64,000 bases of DNA, from positions 18,555 through 82,554 of the forward strand of contig JBMOMX010000032.1 in NCBI GenBank assembly GCA_049323435.1, written 5' to 3'. Shown here one piece after another: positions 8,019-17,287 of the stretch. How positions within the stretch are numbered: the first letter of the stretch is position 1; the number at the start of each line of letters is the position of its first letter. Source of the stretch: Pseudomonadota bacterium (lineage in GTDB: Bacteria > Pseudomonadota > Alphaproteobacteria > UBA11222). The notes below the pieces were generated by a model that was not told the origin of the DNA, did not search any database, and saw only the letters and a program-made list of their open reading frames with translations. Position numbers and translations under genes: made by a program.

Positions 8019-9353
8019 GTGAACACTGATAATGGGCCGGAGAAAACCGGCCTGATCCCTGCGGATTTGCCGGTGGTGTATCGCACCGGCTATGTCCGGT
8101 ATGTCGTCGGCATACTGACCGTCGTATATGTTTTCAATTTCATGGACAGGCAGATCCTGTCGATCCTGATGCAGCCGATCAAGCAGGAAATGCAGCTTAG
8201 CGACACCGAGCTGGGCTTTCTTGGCGGGGTCGCCTTTGCCATATTTTACGCGACCCTGGGCGTGCCGATTGCACGGCTGGCGGATCAATATTCGCGGGTT
8301 AATCTGATCACCATCTGTCTGGGCCTGTGGAGCTGTATGACCGCGCTGTCGGGCCTGGCGGCGAATTTCATGCAATTGCTGGCGGCGCGCATCGGGGTGG
8401 GCATTGGCGAGGCGGGCGGCGGCCCATCATCGCATTCGCTGATTTCGGATTATGTGCCGGCCCAAAACCGCTCCACGGCGCTGGGCGTGTTTGCGCTGGG
8501 CGTGCCGATCGGGCTGATGGTGGGTTTTCTGGCGGGCGGCTGGCTCGAAGAAAATTATGGCTGGCGGGTGGCGTTTATGGCGGCGGGCATTCCGGGTCTG
8601 ATTCTCGCCGTCATTCTGCGGCTGACGGTGCGTGAACCCAAACGCGGCCATTCGTCGGGCGAGACGGACATCATCCATGCAGATCAACCCTCGATGAAGC
8701 AGGTGGCCAACCATATGCGCGCCATCCGCACCTTCCGGCTGCTGGCCATTGCCGCCGCGATGCAGGCCTTTGCGGGCTATGGCCTGATCCAGTGGCTGCC
8801 CAGCTTCCTCACCCGCAACCATCAGATGAGCAGCACGGATATCGGCTTCTGGCTGGCGATGACGATTGGCGCGGGCGGCGCGATCGGCACGATGGGCGGC
8901 GGTTATTTCGCCGATCTGCTGTCGCGTAAAAATCTGGCCTGGCAATTATGGCTGCCGGGCATAGGCAGCCTGTTGGGCGCCTTTATCTCGTTCGGCATAA
9001 TGCTTTCACCCGGCATACCGGTGCTGCTGTTTTTTGTGTTTCTGCATTCGGTGGCGGTCAATGCCTATCTCGGCCCGTCTTTTGCGGTGACGCAAACTTT
9101 GTCGCCTGTGCGGATGCGCGCGCTGGCCAGCGCGCTGCTGCTGTTCGCGATCAATATTGTTGGCCTCGGGCTTGGGCCGCAAATGGTGGGCGCGCTAAGC
9201 GATCTGCTGCGCCCGGCTTTAGGCGATGAATCGCTGCGTTACGCCATACTGGCGGGGTGCATGACCTATTTTGTGGCGGCGCTGTTTTTCGCTTTGGCGG
9301 GGCGTGCGGCGCGCGTGGATTTTGCAACTGCGGCGCGGCTGGCGGGGGATTAA
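8019..9353 (+). CDS. MFS transporter, tandem paralog 1 of 3
   Basis: 444 aa and highly hydrophobic; MFS signature around PIARLADQYSR and GVGIGEAGGGP. Collinear with the next two ORFs. Confidence 0.85.
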   Translation: MNTDNGPEKTGLIPADLPVVYRTGYVRYVVGILTVVYVFNFMDRQILSILMQPIKQEMQLSDTELGFLGGVAFAIFYATLGVPIARLADQYSRVNLITICLGLWSCMTALSGLAANFMQLLAARIGVGIGEAGGGPSSHSLISDYVPAQNRSTALGVFALGVPIGLMVGFLAGGWLEENYGWRVAFMAAGIPGLILAVILRLTVREPKRGHSSGETDIIHADQPSMKQVANHMRAIRTFRLLAIAAAMQAFAGYGLIQWLPSFLTRNHQMSSTDIGFWLAMTIGAGGAIGTMGGGYFADLLSRKNLAWQLWLPGIGSLLGAFISFGIMLSPGIPVLLFFVFLHSVAVNAYLGPSFAVTQTLSPVRMRALASALLLFAINIVGLGLGPQMVGALSDLLRPALGDESLRYAILAGCMTYFVAALFFALAGRAARVDFATAARLAGD

Positions 9354-9368
9354 CGGGGGATTGGATCA

Positions 9369-10670
9369 TTGATCAGCAAGGCGCAGACTGAATCCGGCAA
9401 TCCGGTGGTATATAGCCGGGGCTATGTCAATTATGTCATTGGCGCGCTGGCGATGGTCTATCTCGTCAATCTGACCGACCGTCAAATCCTTGCCATTCTG
9501 ATGCAGCCGATCAAGGAGGAAATGCAGCTTTCCGACACCGAGCTGGGTTTTCTGGGCGGCATCGCCTTCGCAATTTTTTATTCGACCCTCGGTCTGCCGA
9601 TTGCGCGGCTGGCGGATAAATATTCCCGCGTCAAAATTCTGTCTGTCTGTCTGGCCTTATGGAGCGTCATGACGGCGCTGTGCGGTCTGTCGTCGAATTT
9701 CTGGCAGTTGCTGGCGGCCCGCATCGGCGTGGGCGTCGGCGAGGCCGGCGGCAGCCCGCCATCGCATTCGCTGATCGCCGATTATGTTCCGGTGGAAAAG
9801 CGCGCCACCGCCATCGGTCTGTTCGCCGTCGGCGTGCCGCTTGGCCTTTTGTCGGGCTATCTGCTGGGCGGCTGGCTGGAGGAATTATATGGATGGCGGG
9901 CGGCGTTCATGGCCATCGGGCTGCCGGGCCTGATTGTGTCCCTGATTGTGTGGCTGACCGTGGAAGAGCCGCCGCGCGGAAATTCGCAGGGCGGCGTGAA
10001 GGTGCAGGCGGAAACACCGCGCATCATGGCGGTGGTGCGGCATATGTCGGCCGTGCCATCCTTTCTGCATCTATCGCTGGCGACCGCCATGCAGGGCTTC
10101 GCCACTTATGGCATCTATCAGTGGATACCCAGTTTCATGTCGCGCAGCTATCAGATGCAAAGCGGCGAAATAGGCAGCTGGCTGGCGCTGGTGATTGGCG
10201 TGAGCGGCTTTTTCGGGACTATCCTGGGCGGCTATTTCGCGGATGCCCTGTCGCGCCGCGACATGCGCTGGCAGATGTGGCTGCCGGGCCTGTGCATGTT
10301 GCTGGCGCTGCCCGCATGCCTTGGCATGTATCTTTCTTTCGGGCTGTATCTGTCCATGTTCTTTCTCGCGCTGGTGGTTTTTCTCGTGAATGTATGGCTT
10401 GGACCCGGACTGGCCATCACCCAGACGCTGGCGCCGGTGCGGATGCGCGCCATGGCCAGCGCACTGCTGCTGTTTGTGCTGAATATTATCGGCCTTGGCA
10501 TGGGGCCGCAGGCGGTCGGCATCATGAGTGATCTTCTCGCGCCCGCCTATGGCCAGGAATCGCTGCGTTATGCCCTGCTGATTTCCAGTTCTTTTTACCT
10601 TTGGTCGGCGTATCATTTCTGGAAAGCAGCTGTAACCCTGAAACCGGACCTGAAACAGGCGATAGAATAA
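9369..10670 (+). CDS. MFS transporter, tandem paralog 2
   Basis: 433 aa; the same conserved blocks (DRQILAILMQPIKEEMQLSDTELGFLGG, ARLADKYSR, GVGEAGGSPPSHSLIADYVP). The apparent start codon is TTG at 9369. Confidence 0.8.
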   Translation: MISKAQTESGNPVVYSRGYVNYVIGALAMVYLVNLTDRQILAILMQPIKEEMQLSDTELGFLGGIAFAIFYSTLGLPIARLADKYSRVKILSVCLALWSVMTALCGLSSNFWQLLAARIGVGVGEAGGSPPSHSLIADYVPVEKRATAIGLFAVGVPLGLLSGYLLGGWLEELYGWRAAFMAIGLPGLIVSLIVWLTVEEPPRGNSQGGVKVQAETPRIMAVVRHMSAVPSFLHLSLATAMQGFATYGIYQWIPSFMSRSYQMQSGEIGSWLALVIGVSGFFGTILGGYFADALSRRDMRWQMWLPGLCMLLALPACLGMYLSFGLYLSMFFLALVVFLVNVWLGPGLAITQTLAPVRMRAMASALLLFVLNIIGLGMGPQAVGIMSDLLAPAYGQESLRYALLISSSFYLWSAYHFWKAAVTLKPDLKQAIE

Positions 10671-10692
10671 ATATAATAACAAGGGGGAAAAC

Positions 10693-12021
10693 ATGACCAG
10701 CCTTGACGAGGACGGCGCCGCAACGGCCGCGCTGGTGCCCGCACATGAACCGGCGGCGCATTTCAGCAAACCCTATATCAATTATGTCATCGGCATGCTG
10801 ACGGTGGTTTATGCGGTCAATCTTATCGACCGGCAAATTCTGTCGATCCTGATGCAGCCGATCAAGCAGGAGATGCAGCTTTCCGACACGGCGCTGGGAT
10901 TTTTATCCGGCATCGCCTTTGCGATGTTTTACGCCACGCTTGGCATACCGATTGCCCGGCTGGCGGATAAAAGTTCGCGGGTGAATATTATTTCCATCAG
11001 CCTGGCGCTATGGAGCTTTATGACGGCGCTGTGCGGCGCAGCACAGAATTTCTGGCAATTGCTGGCGGCGCGCATTCTGGTCGGCGTGGGCGAGGCGGGC
11101 AGCGGGCCTTCCTCACATTCGCTGATCGCCGATTATGTGCCGCTGGAGACACGCAGCTCCGCGCTGGCGATTTATTCGCTGGGCATTCCCATCGGCATTA
11201 TGATTGGTTTTTCGGTTGGCGGCTGGCTGGAGCAGTTATATGGCTGGCGTATTGCGTTCATGGCCGTGGGTGTACCCGGTCTTATACTGGCGGTCATTGT
11301 CCGTCTGACATTGCGCGAGCCGCCGCGCGGCCATGCAGATGGCGTGGCGCGGGCGGATAAAGCCGAACAGCCGCCGCTGCGCGAAGTCGCCAGCACCATG
11401 TGGAAACGCAAATCCTTCCGTCATCTGGTGACGGCGATCGGCATTCAGGCCATTTCGGGCTATGGCGTTCTGATCTGGGTGCCAAGCTTTCTGCATCGCA
11501 GCTATCATATGACCAGCGCCGAGGTTGGCACGGCCTTGGCGCTTATTCTTGGCATTGGCGGCATCATCGGCACGGCGGCGGGCGGCTATCTGGCCGACCA
11601 TCTGGCAAAGCGCACGGTGCGCTGGCAATTATGGATACCGGCGCTGGGGGGCCTGGTGGCGGTGCCGTTTAGTTTCGGGACTTATCTTTCCGGCACAGCC
11701 TTTGCCACACTGGCCTGGTTTGCGGTGCCGATCATTTTCGCCAATCTGTATCATGGCCCGGTATTCGCCATGGCGCAGGCGCTGGCGCCGCTTAGAATGC
11801 GCGCCATGGCCGCGGCGATCCTGTTATTCATGAGCAGCTTTGTCGGCATGGGCATCGGACCGCAACTTGCGGGCATTATCAGCGATTTGCTCGCACCCGC
11901 CTATGGCGCGGATTCGCTGCGCTATGCGCTGCTGTGTATTTCCATGGCGCATATATGGTCGGCGGCGCATTTCTGGCTGGCGTCAAAAACCTTGCAGGAG
12001 GACTTGGCGATTGCGCAATAA
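10693..12021 (+). CDS. MFS transporter, tandem paralog 3
   Basis: 442 aa; same blocks, with a GGGG RBS upstream. Confidence 0.85.
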   Translation: MTSLDEDGAATAALVPAHEPAAHFSKPYINYVIGMLTVVYAVNLIDRQILSILMQPIKQEMQLSDTALGFLSGIAFAMFYATLGIPIARLADKSSRVNIISISLALWSFMTALCGAAQNFWQLLAARILVGVGEAGSGPSSHSLIADYVPLETRSSALAIYSLGIPIGIMIGFSVGGWLEQLYGWRIAFMAVGVPGLILAVIVRLTLREPPRGHADGVARADKAEQPPLREVASTMWKRKSFRHLVTAIGIQAISGYGVLIWVPSFLHRSYHMTSAEVGTALALILGIGGIIGTAAGGYLADHLAKRTVRWQLWIPALGGLVAVPFSFGTYLSGTAFATLAWFAVPIIFANLYHGPVFAMAQALAPLRMRAMAAAILLFMSSFVGMGIGPQLAGIISDLLAPAYGADSLRYALLCISMAHIWSAAHFWLASKTLQEDLAIAQ

Positions 12022-12063
12022 TAGGGGCATAATAGCAGCCCATAACCGCAGGGAGAAGAAACC

Positions 12064-12354
12064 ATGAGCCTCGGAGTCATCGCAAAGATCAAGATACAGC
12101 CCGGCAAGAATGCCGAGTTTGAACAGATATTTTCTGAACTGGCGGCAGCCGTGCGCAAGAACGAGCCGGGCAATAATTTTTATGCCCTGCACAAATCCAA
12201 AACCGATCCGCAACTTTATGTGGTGCTGGAAAATTACAAGGATGCGGCGGCCTTTGCCGCACACCGCGAATATCCGCATTTCAAGGAAGGCGGCAAGAAA
12301 ATGGGCGCCTGCATGGCCGGCGCGCCCGAAGTCGAATTGCTCGACGGCGTTTAA
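12064..12354 (+). CDS. antibiotic biosynthesis monooxygenase (ABM) domain protein, putative quinol monooxygenase, paralog 1
   Basis: 96 aa; ABM-like ferredoxin-fold size, with conserved NEPG...YALHKSKTDPQ.YVVLENY...AH..SPHF. Confidence 0.65.
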   Translation: MSLGVIAKIKIQPGKNAEFEQIFSELAAAVRKNEPGNNFYALHKSKTDPQLYVVLENYKDAAAFAAHREYPHFKEGGKKMGACMAGAPEVELLDGV

Positions 12355-12384
12355 ACCTCATCTAACACCAGCAAGGAAGCAAAA

Positions 12385-12675
12385 ATGACGATAGGAATCG
12401 TAGCGAAACTGAAAGTGGCGCCAGGCAAGAATGCCGAGTTTGAGGAGATTTTCTCCGTACTGGCGCGCGCCACCCGCAAGGATGAGCCGGGCAATAATTT
12501 TTATGCCCTGCACAAATCCAAAACCGATCCGCAAACCTATGTGGTTCTGGAAAATTACAGGGACCAGGCAGCGGTCGATGCGCATATGAGCTCGCCGCAT
12601 TTTCAGGCCGGTTTCAAACAAATGGGCGCATGTCTTGCGGGCGCGCCGGAAATCGAATTTCTCGACGGCGTCTGA
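12385..12675 (+). CDS. ABM domain protein, paralog 2
   Basis: 96 aa; collinear with and near-identical to 12064..12354 in its conserved blocks. Confidence 0.65.
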   Translation: MTIGIVAKLKVAPGKNAEFEEIFSVLARATRKDEPGNNFYALHKSKTDPQTYVVLENYRDQAAVDAHMSSPHFQAGFKQMGACLAGAPEIEFLDGV

Positions 12676-12685
12676 TCAGCCTGTT

Positions 12686-12740
12686 GACCGGTGACAGTAT
12701 AGTTTTAATTTCCCGTAATTGATAAATACCGTCACCGGTC
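12686..12740. terminator. 15-bp inverted repeat (1 mismatch) with a ~25-nt AT-rich spacer between convergent genes; candidate bidirectional terminator or protein-binding site
   Basis: gaccggtgacagtat ... ataccgtcaccggtc, located between the ABM gene (+) and the ubiH-like gene (-). Confidence 0.35.
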
Positions 12741-12771
12741 AGTCTCAAAAATCCTGCCTGTATAATGTTTT

Positions 12772-14010
12772 TTACAATGGCAGGCCGGTCAGCAGGCGCG
12801 GCAGGCTGCCCACCTCGCCCGCTGCGTGGCGCATGGCCAGACGGCGCAGCGGGCCGATCTGTCCAGTCAGGCCTATGCCAATATCCCGGGCCAGCCGCAC
12901 CCAGGGCGTATCATTGGAAAACAGCCGGTTGAGTATATCCGTCACCGCAGCCAGGCTGACATTGTCAAAGCGCCGCCACGCCTGATAGCGCGCCAGCACG
13001 CTAGCGGCGCCGATATCCAGCCCCAGCCGGTGCGCATCCACCAGCACCTCTGCCAATGCAGCCACGTCACGCAATCCCAGATTCAGCCCCTGTCCGGCGA
13101 TCGGATGGATCGTATGGGCTGCATCTCCCGCCAGCACCAGACGCTGCGCAACATAGTCACGGGCATGATGGAAGGATAAAGGATAGACCCAGCGCGGCCC
13201 TTCAACATGAATATCACCCCACTGGCTGCCGAAGCGGGCGCGCAATTCGGTCTCAAAATCCGCCTGCGCCAGCGCCATCAGGGCCTTGGCGCGCGCGCCG
13301 GGTTCGGTCCAGACCAGCGAGGATCGCTGTCCTGTCATGGGCAGAATTGCAAACGGCCCGCCGGGCAGAAAATATTCATGCGCCAGACCGCCATGCGGAC
13401 GGGCATGGTGCACCGTGGCCACGATGCCCGACTGGCCATAATCCCATGCGACGGACCTTATCCCAGCCCCCGCACGCAACAGGGAATCCCGGCCATCTGC
13501 GGCAATACACAAGCGTCCATAAAGCAGGCTGCCATCGGACAAACGCACGGCAATCCCGCCCGCATCCGGCACAGCCGATACGGCCCTGCTTTCGCCGCGC
13601 ACGCGAATGGCGGGCACATCGCTTATGCCCGCATGCAGGACGCTTCGAAAAAACCGGTTTTCCAGAATATAGCCGAGCGGCCCGCCGGAAATATCCCCTA
13701 CCCCGTCAAGATGATCGAAATGCAGGCTGAGCGGCGAGGCGCCCCGGCCCAGACGGCCATCACTTACCATGATATCCAGAATGGGTTGCGCCCCGCTGAC
13801 CAGTTGCGGCCAAATCCCCAGCGCGCTCATCAGCCGTACCGAGGCGCGGCCAAGCGCCGAAACCCGCCCGTCAAAAGCCGTGTCCAGCACGGTTTGCACA
13901 GGGGTTGCATCCAGCACCAGCACTGACAGTCCCGCCCGGCCCGCCGCAAGGGCAAAGCTCAGGCCAACCATGCCGCCGCCAACCAGAATGATGTCTGCAT
14001 CAAATTGCAT
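12772..14010 (-). CDS. ubiH: FAD-dependent ubiquinone biosynthesis hydroxylase, UbiH/UbiF/VisC/COQ6 family
   Basis: 412 aa; N-terminal DIILVGGGMVGLSFALA (GxGxxG FAD fold) and the full-length architecture of the aromatic-ring hydroxylase family. Confidence 0.8.
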   Translation of the reverse strand: MQFDADIILVGGGMVGLSFALAAGRAGLSVLVLDATPVQTVLDTAFDGRVSALGRASVRLMSALGIWPQLVSGAQPILDIMVSDGRLGRGASPLSLHFDHLDGVGDISGGPLGYILENRFFRSVLHAGISDVPAIRVRGESRAVSAVPDAGGIAVRLSDGSLLYGRLCIAADGRDSLLRAGAGIRSVAWDYGQSGIVATVHHARPHGGLAHEYFLPGGPFAILPMTGQRSSLVWTEPGARAKALMALAQADFETELRARFGSQWGDIHVEGPRWVYPLSFHHARDYVAQRLVLAGDAAHTIHPIAGQGLNLGLRDVAALAEVLVDAHRLGLDIGAASVLARYQAWRRFDNVSLAAVTDILNRLFSNDTPWVRLARDIGIGLTGQIGPLRRLAMRHAAGEVGSLPRLLTGLPL

Positions 14011-14162
14011 TATAATTATCTTTGCCTATTTTTTATGCTCTGTGCACTAAAATTAGCCGCCTATGGGCGTCACCCTTTCGTGCCCTGCCTGCCGCCGGGT
14101 TAATTCCGCCCGAATCGCGCCTGAATCGCCAGCCCCGGATAAAGTGTGATGGCTATTACAAA

Positions 14163-14179
14163 TCGGCACGTTTCTTGAA
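14163..14179 (+). promoter_or_regulatory. putative sigma-54 (-24/-12) promoter upstream of glnK-amtB
   Basis: cGGCACGtttcTTGAa: GG-N10-GA against the consensus TGGCAC-N5-TTGC (one mismatch at -12), about 48 bp upstream of the glnK ATG. glnK-amtB operons are commonly NtrC/sigma-54 dependent. Confidence 0.35.
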
Positions 14180-14195
14180 TTTAAGCTGTCAGTAA

Positions 14196-14564
<369 letters not shown>

Positions 14565-14571
14565 GCGGCTT

Positions 14572-15939
14572 ATGGAGACTCATATGCACATGTTTATCAA
14601 ATTTTCCGTTCTGGCCCTGGTTCTGGCACTATCCGGACTTGGCCTGGTTGACACTGCCCTGGCGCAGGATGCGGCCGCCGCGGCGCCCACTGTCGATTCC
14701 GGCGATACCGCCTGGATGCTGACATCCACCGCGCTGGTGCTGCTGATGACCCTGCCGGGTCTGGCGCTGTTTTACGGCGGTATGGTGCGCAAGATGAATG
14801 TGCTGGCGACCGTTACCCAGAGCTTTGCCATCTGCTGTCTGGTGGCCGTGCTCTGGGTGCTGATTGGCTATAGTCTGGCCTTTGGCAATGGTACGCCCTT
14901 TATCGGCGATATGAGCCGTGTTCTGCTGAAGGGCATGGATATGAGCGCGCCATTCCTGCTAGGAGCGGGCATGGAGACCGGTTCGCTGCAATTCACCATA
15001 CCCGAAAATGTGTTCATGATGTTCCAGATGACCTTTGCGATCATTACGCCCGCACTGATCACCGGCGCCTTTGTGGACCGGATGAAATTTTCATCGCTGC
15101 TGGTTTTCACTGCGCTATGGCTGCTGATTGTCTATGCGCCCGTCGCACATTGGGTCTGGCATCCGATGGGCGTGCTGTTTGGGGCCGGTGTGCTGGATTT
15201 TGCGGGCGGCACCGTGGTGCATATCAATGCCGGTGTGGCGGGGCTGGTAGCCGCGATCATTCTGGGCAAGCGTGCCGGCTATGGTGCGGGCGGCGGGCAT
15301 AATTTCGCCCCGCATAATCTGGTGCTGAGCATAATCGGCGCATCGCTGCTGTGGGTGGGCTGGTTCGGGTTCAATGCCGGTTCCGCCGCCGCCGCCAATG
15401 GCCGCGCCGGCATGGCCATGACGGTCACCATGGTGGCCGCTGCTGCGGCCGGCCTGTCCTGGATGTTGACGGAATGGTCGTTGCGCGGCAAACCCAGTGC
15501 GCTGGGCCTGATTTCAGGCGCCATATCGGGGCTTGTCGCCATTACGCCTGCATCCGGCTATGTCGATGCCTCAGGGGCCATTATTATCGGCCTGGTAGCG
15601 GGTATCCTGTGCTATTGGGGCGCCACCTGGCTGAAACATGCGGGCGGCTATGACGACAGTCTGGACGTGTTCGGCGTGCATGGCATTGGCGGCATTGTCG
15701 GCGCGGTGCTGACCGGTGTCTTCGCCATAAAGGGGATCGGCGGCGTTTCGGGCCTGATCGAAGGGAATAGCGCGCAGGTCCTGACCCAGATCATGGGCAT
15801 CGCCTATACCGTCGTCTGGTGTGCGCTGGCCACGGCGGGCATCCTGTATCTGATCAAATTCACCATGGGTCTGCGGGTTGAGCCGGAGCAGGAACGCGAC
15901 GGGCTGGATCTGTCATTGCATGGCGAAACCGTTCTTTAG
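14572..15939 (+). CDS. amtB: ammonium transporter
   Basis: Track ORF 14458..15939 overlaps glnK in another frame. The first in-frame ATG after the glnK stop is at 14572 (alternatives at 14584 and 14590). Signal-peptide-like N-terminus, about 11 TM segments, and Amt signature regions (DFAGGTVVH, GWFGFNAGS). Confidence 0.9.
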   Translation: METHMHMFIKFSVLALVLALSGLGLVDTALAQDAAAAAPTVDSGDTAWMLTSTALVLLMTLPGLALFYGGMVRKMNVLATVTQSFAICCLVAVLWVLIGYSLAFGNGTPFIGDMSRVLLKGMDMSAPFLLGAGMETGSLQFTIPENVFMMFQMTFAIITPALITGAFVDRMKFSSLLVFTALWLLIVYAPVAHWVWHPMGVLFGAGVLDFAGGTVVHINAGVAGLVAAIILGKRAGYGAGGGHNFAPHNLVLSIIGASLLWVGWFGFNAGSAAAANGRAGMAMTVTMVAAAAAGLSWMLTEWSLRGKPSALGLISGAISGLVAITPASGYVDASGAIIIGLVAGILCYWGATWLKHAGGYDDSLDVFGVHGIGGIVGAVLTGVFAIKGIGGVSGLIEGNSAQVLTQIMGIAYTVVWCALATAGILYLIKFTMGLRVEPEQERDGLDLSLHGETVL

Positions 15940-15950
15940 ATCGGTATGAT

Positions 15951-16087
15951 TATAAGTTTGACTATGCAACACACTCTAACCTGTCACCCCGGATTTATTC
16001 CGGGGTGACAGGGCCACATAGAAAGGCCTGAGTTTGGTTCCCTGGACCCCGCAACAAGTGCGGGGTGACACTGTGGATGGGCTGATT
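15951..16087. repeat. MITE/REP-like element, family B (two hairpins: gtcaccccgg...ccggggtgac and accccgca...tgcggggt)
   Basis: The same termini occur in inverted orientation at 40366..40528; that copy carries an extra ~50-bp internal segment. Confidence 0.7.
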
Positions 16088-16207
16088 CAATCTAAAATCA
16101 TTCCACTTTAGATAAACGGATAAACTGCCCCGGCCCTGCCTGCGGAAAATGTTCCGCCATCCCCGTAAGTGTTATACACTTGGACCCTATTTTACGGGCG
16201 AGGACAG

Positions 16208-17287
16208 ATGGCGGATGGTACAAAATTTCCGGAGCAGCAGGCGCGGACCCGGCGTGAGCGCAAAAAAGTGGCGGCTGTAAAATCCGTCAATCTGGCCCTT
16301 CAGGGCGGCGGGGCGCATGGGGCCTTCACCTGGGGGGTGCTTGACCGGCTGTGCGAAGCGCCGCAGCTTTCCATTGAAGGGATCAGCGCCACCAGCGCCG
16401 GGGCCATGAACGCCGCCGTATTTGTTTCCGGACTTGCCAAAGGGGGGCGCGAGGGGGCGCGCGCAGCGCTTGAAAATTACTGGCGGCTGGTGTCCGAGGC
16501 GGGCGCGGCCAGCCCCTTGCAGCAGAATTTTTTTAATAATTTATTTGGCTTTGGCGCACCCGATCAATCACCGGCTTTCCTGGCCTTTGACCTGATGACG
16601 CGGATTTTGTCGCCCTATCAGTTCAACCCGCTTAATCTCAATCCGTTGCGGGGCATCTTGCAGCGCAGTGTCAATTTCGAGGCGCTTCGTGCCGGCAACT
16701 GTCCGGTGAAGCTGTTTTTATCCGCCACCAATGTGCGCACCGGCAAGGTGAAGATTTTTGAAAATCCGGAAATCACCCCGGACGCTGTGCTGGCGTCAAG
16801 CTGCCTGCCATTTCTGTTTCAGGCGATCGAGATCGGCGGCGAAGCCTATTGGGATGGCGGCTATATGGGTAATCCCGCGATTTTTCCGCTGATTTACGGC
16901 TGTAACAGCCATGATGTGGTGATTGTACATATCAACCCCATCGAACGGGCCAGGCTGCCGCGCACCGCCAGCGAAATCATGAACCGCATCAATGAAATCA
17001 GTTTTAATTCATCGCTGATGCGGGAAATGCGGGCGGTCAGTTTCGTCACCCAGCTGATTGATGACGGCAAGCTGGTTGACCCGAAATTTTCACGCATGCT
17101 GATCCATGCCATTGCAGCGGATGATCTGATGAGCAGCCTGGGTGTGGCCAGCAAACTGAGCACCGACTGGGCGTTTCTGACGCGCTTGCGCGATGCGGGC
17201 CGGGACTGCGCCGCAACCTGGCTGGAGCAGCATTTCGACGCTCTGGGATCGCGATCCACGGTCGATATTGACGAGGTCTATTTATAA
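16208..17287 (+). CDS. patatin-like phospholipase family protein
   Basis: Glycine-rich oxyanion loop LQGGGAHGAF, a nucleophile-elbow variant ATSAG, and the catalytic-dyad DGG motif (YWDGGYMGNP). Start moved to the ATG at 16208 (MADGTKF). Confidence 0.8.
   Translation: MADGTKFPEQQARTRRERKKVAAVKSVNLALQGGGAHGAFTWGVLDRLCEAPQLSIEGISATSAGAMNAAVFVSGLAKGGREGARAALENYWRLVSEAGAASPLQQNFFNNLFGFGAPDQSPAFLAFDLMTRILSPYQFNPLNLNPLRGILQRSVNFEALRAGNCPVKLFLSATNVRTGKVKIFENPEITPDAVLASSCLPFLFQAIEIGGEAYWDGGYMGNPAIFPLIYGCNSHDVVIVHINPIERARLPRTASEIMNRINEISFNSSLMREMRAVSFVTQLIDDGKLVDPKFSRMLIHAIAADDLMSSLGVASKLSTDWAFLTRLRDAGRDCAATWLEQHFDALGSRSTVDIDEVYL

Noticed and set aside
7257-8945. 372-aa ORF 7257..8375(-) and 172-aa ORF 8427..8945(-)
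   Set aside because: Antisense to the HIBADH and MFS genes. Arg/Gln/His-rich low-complexity translations typical of reverse-strand artefacts in GC-rich DNA.
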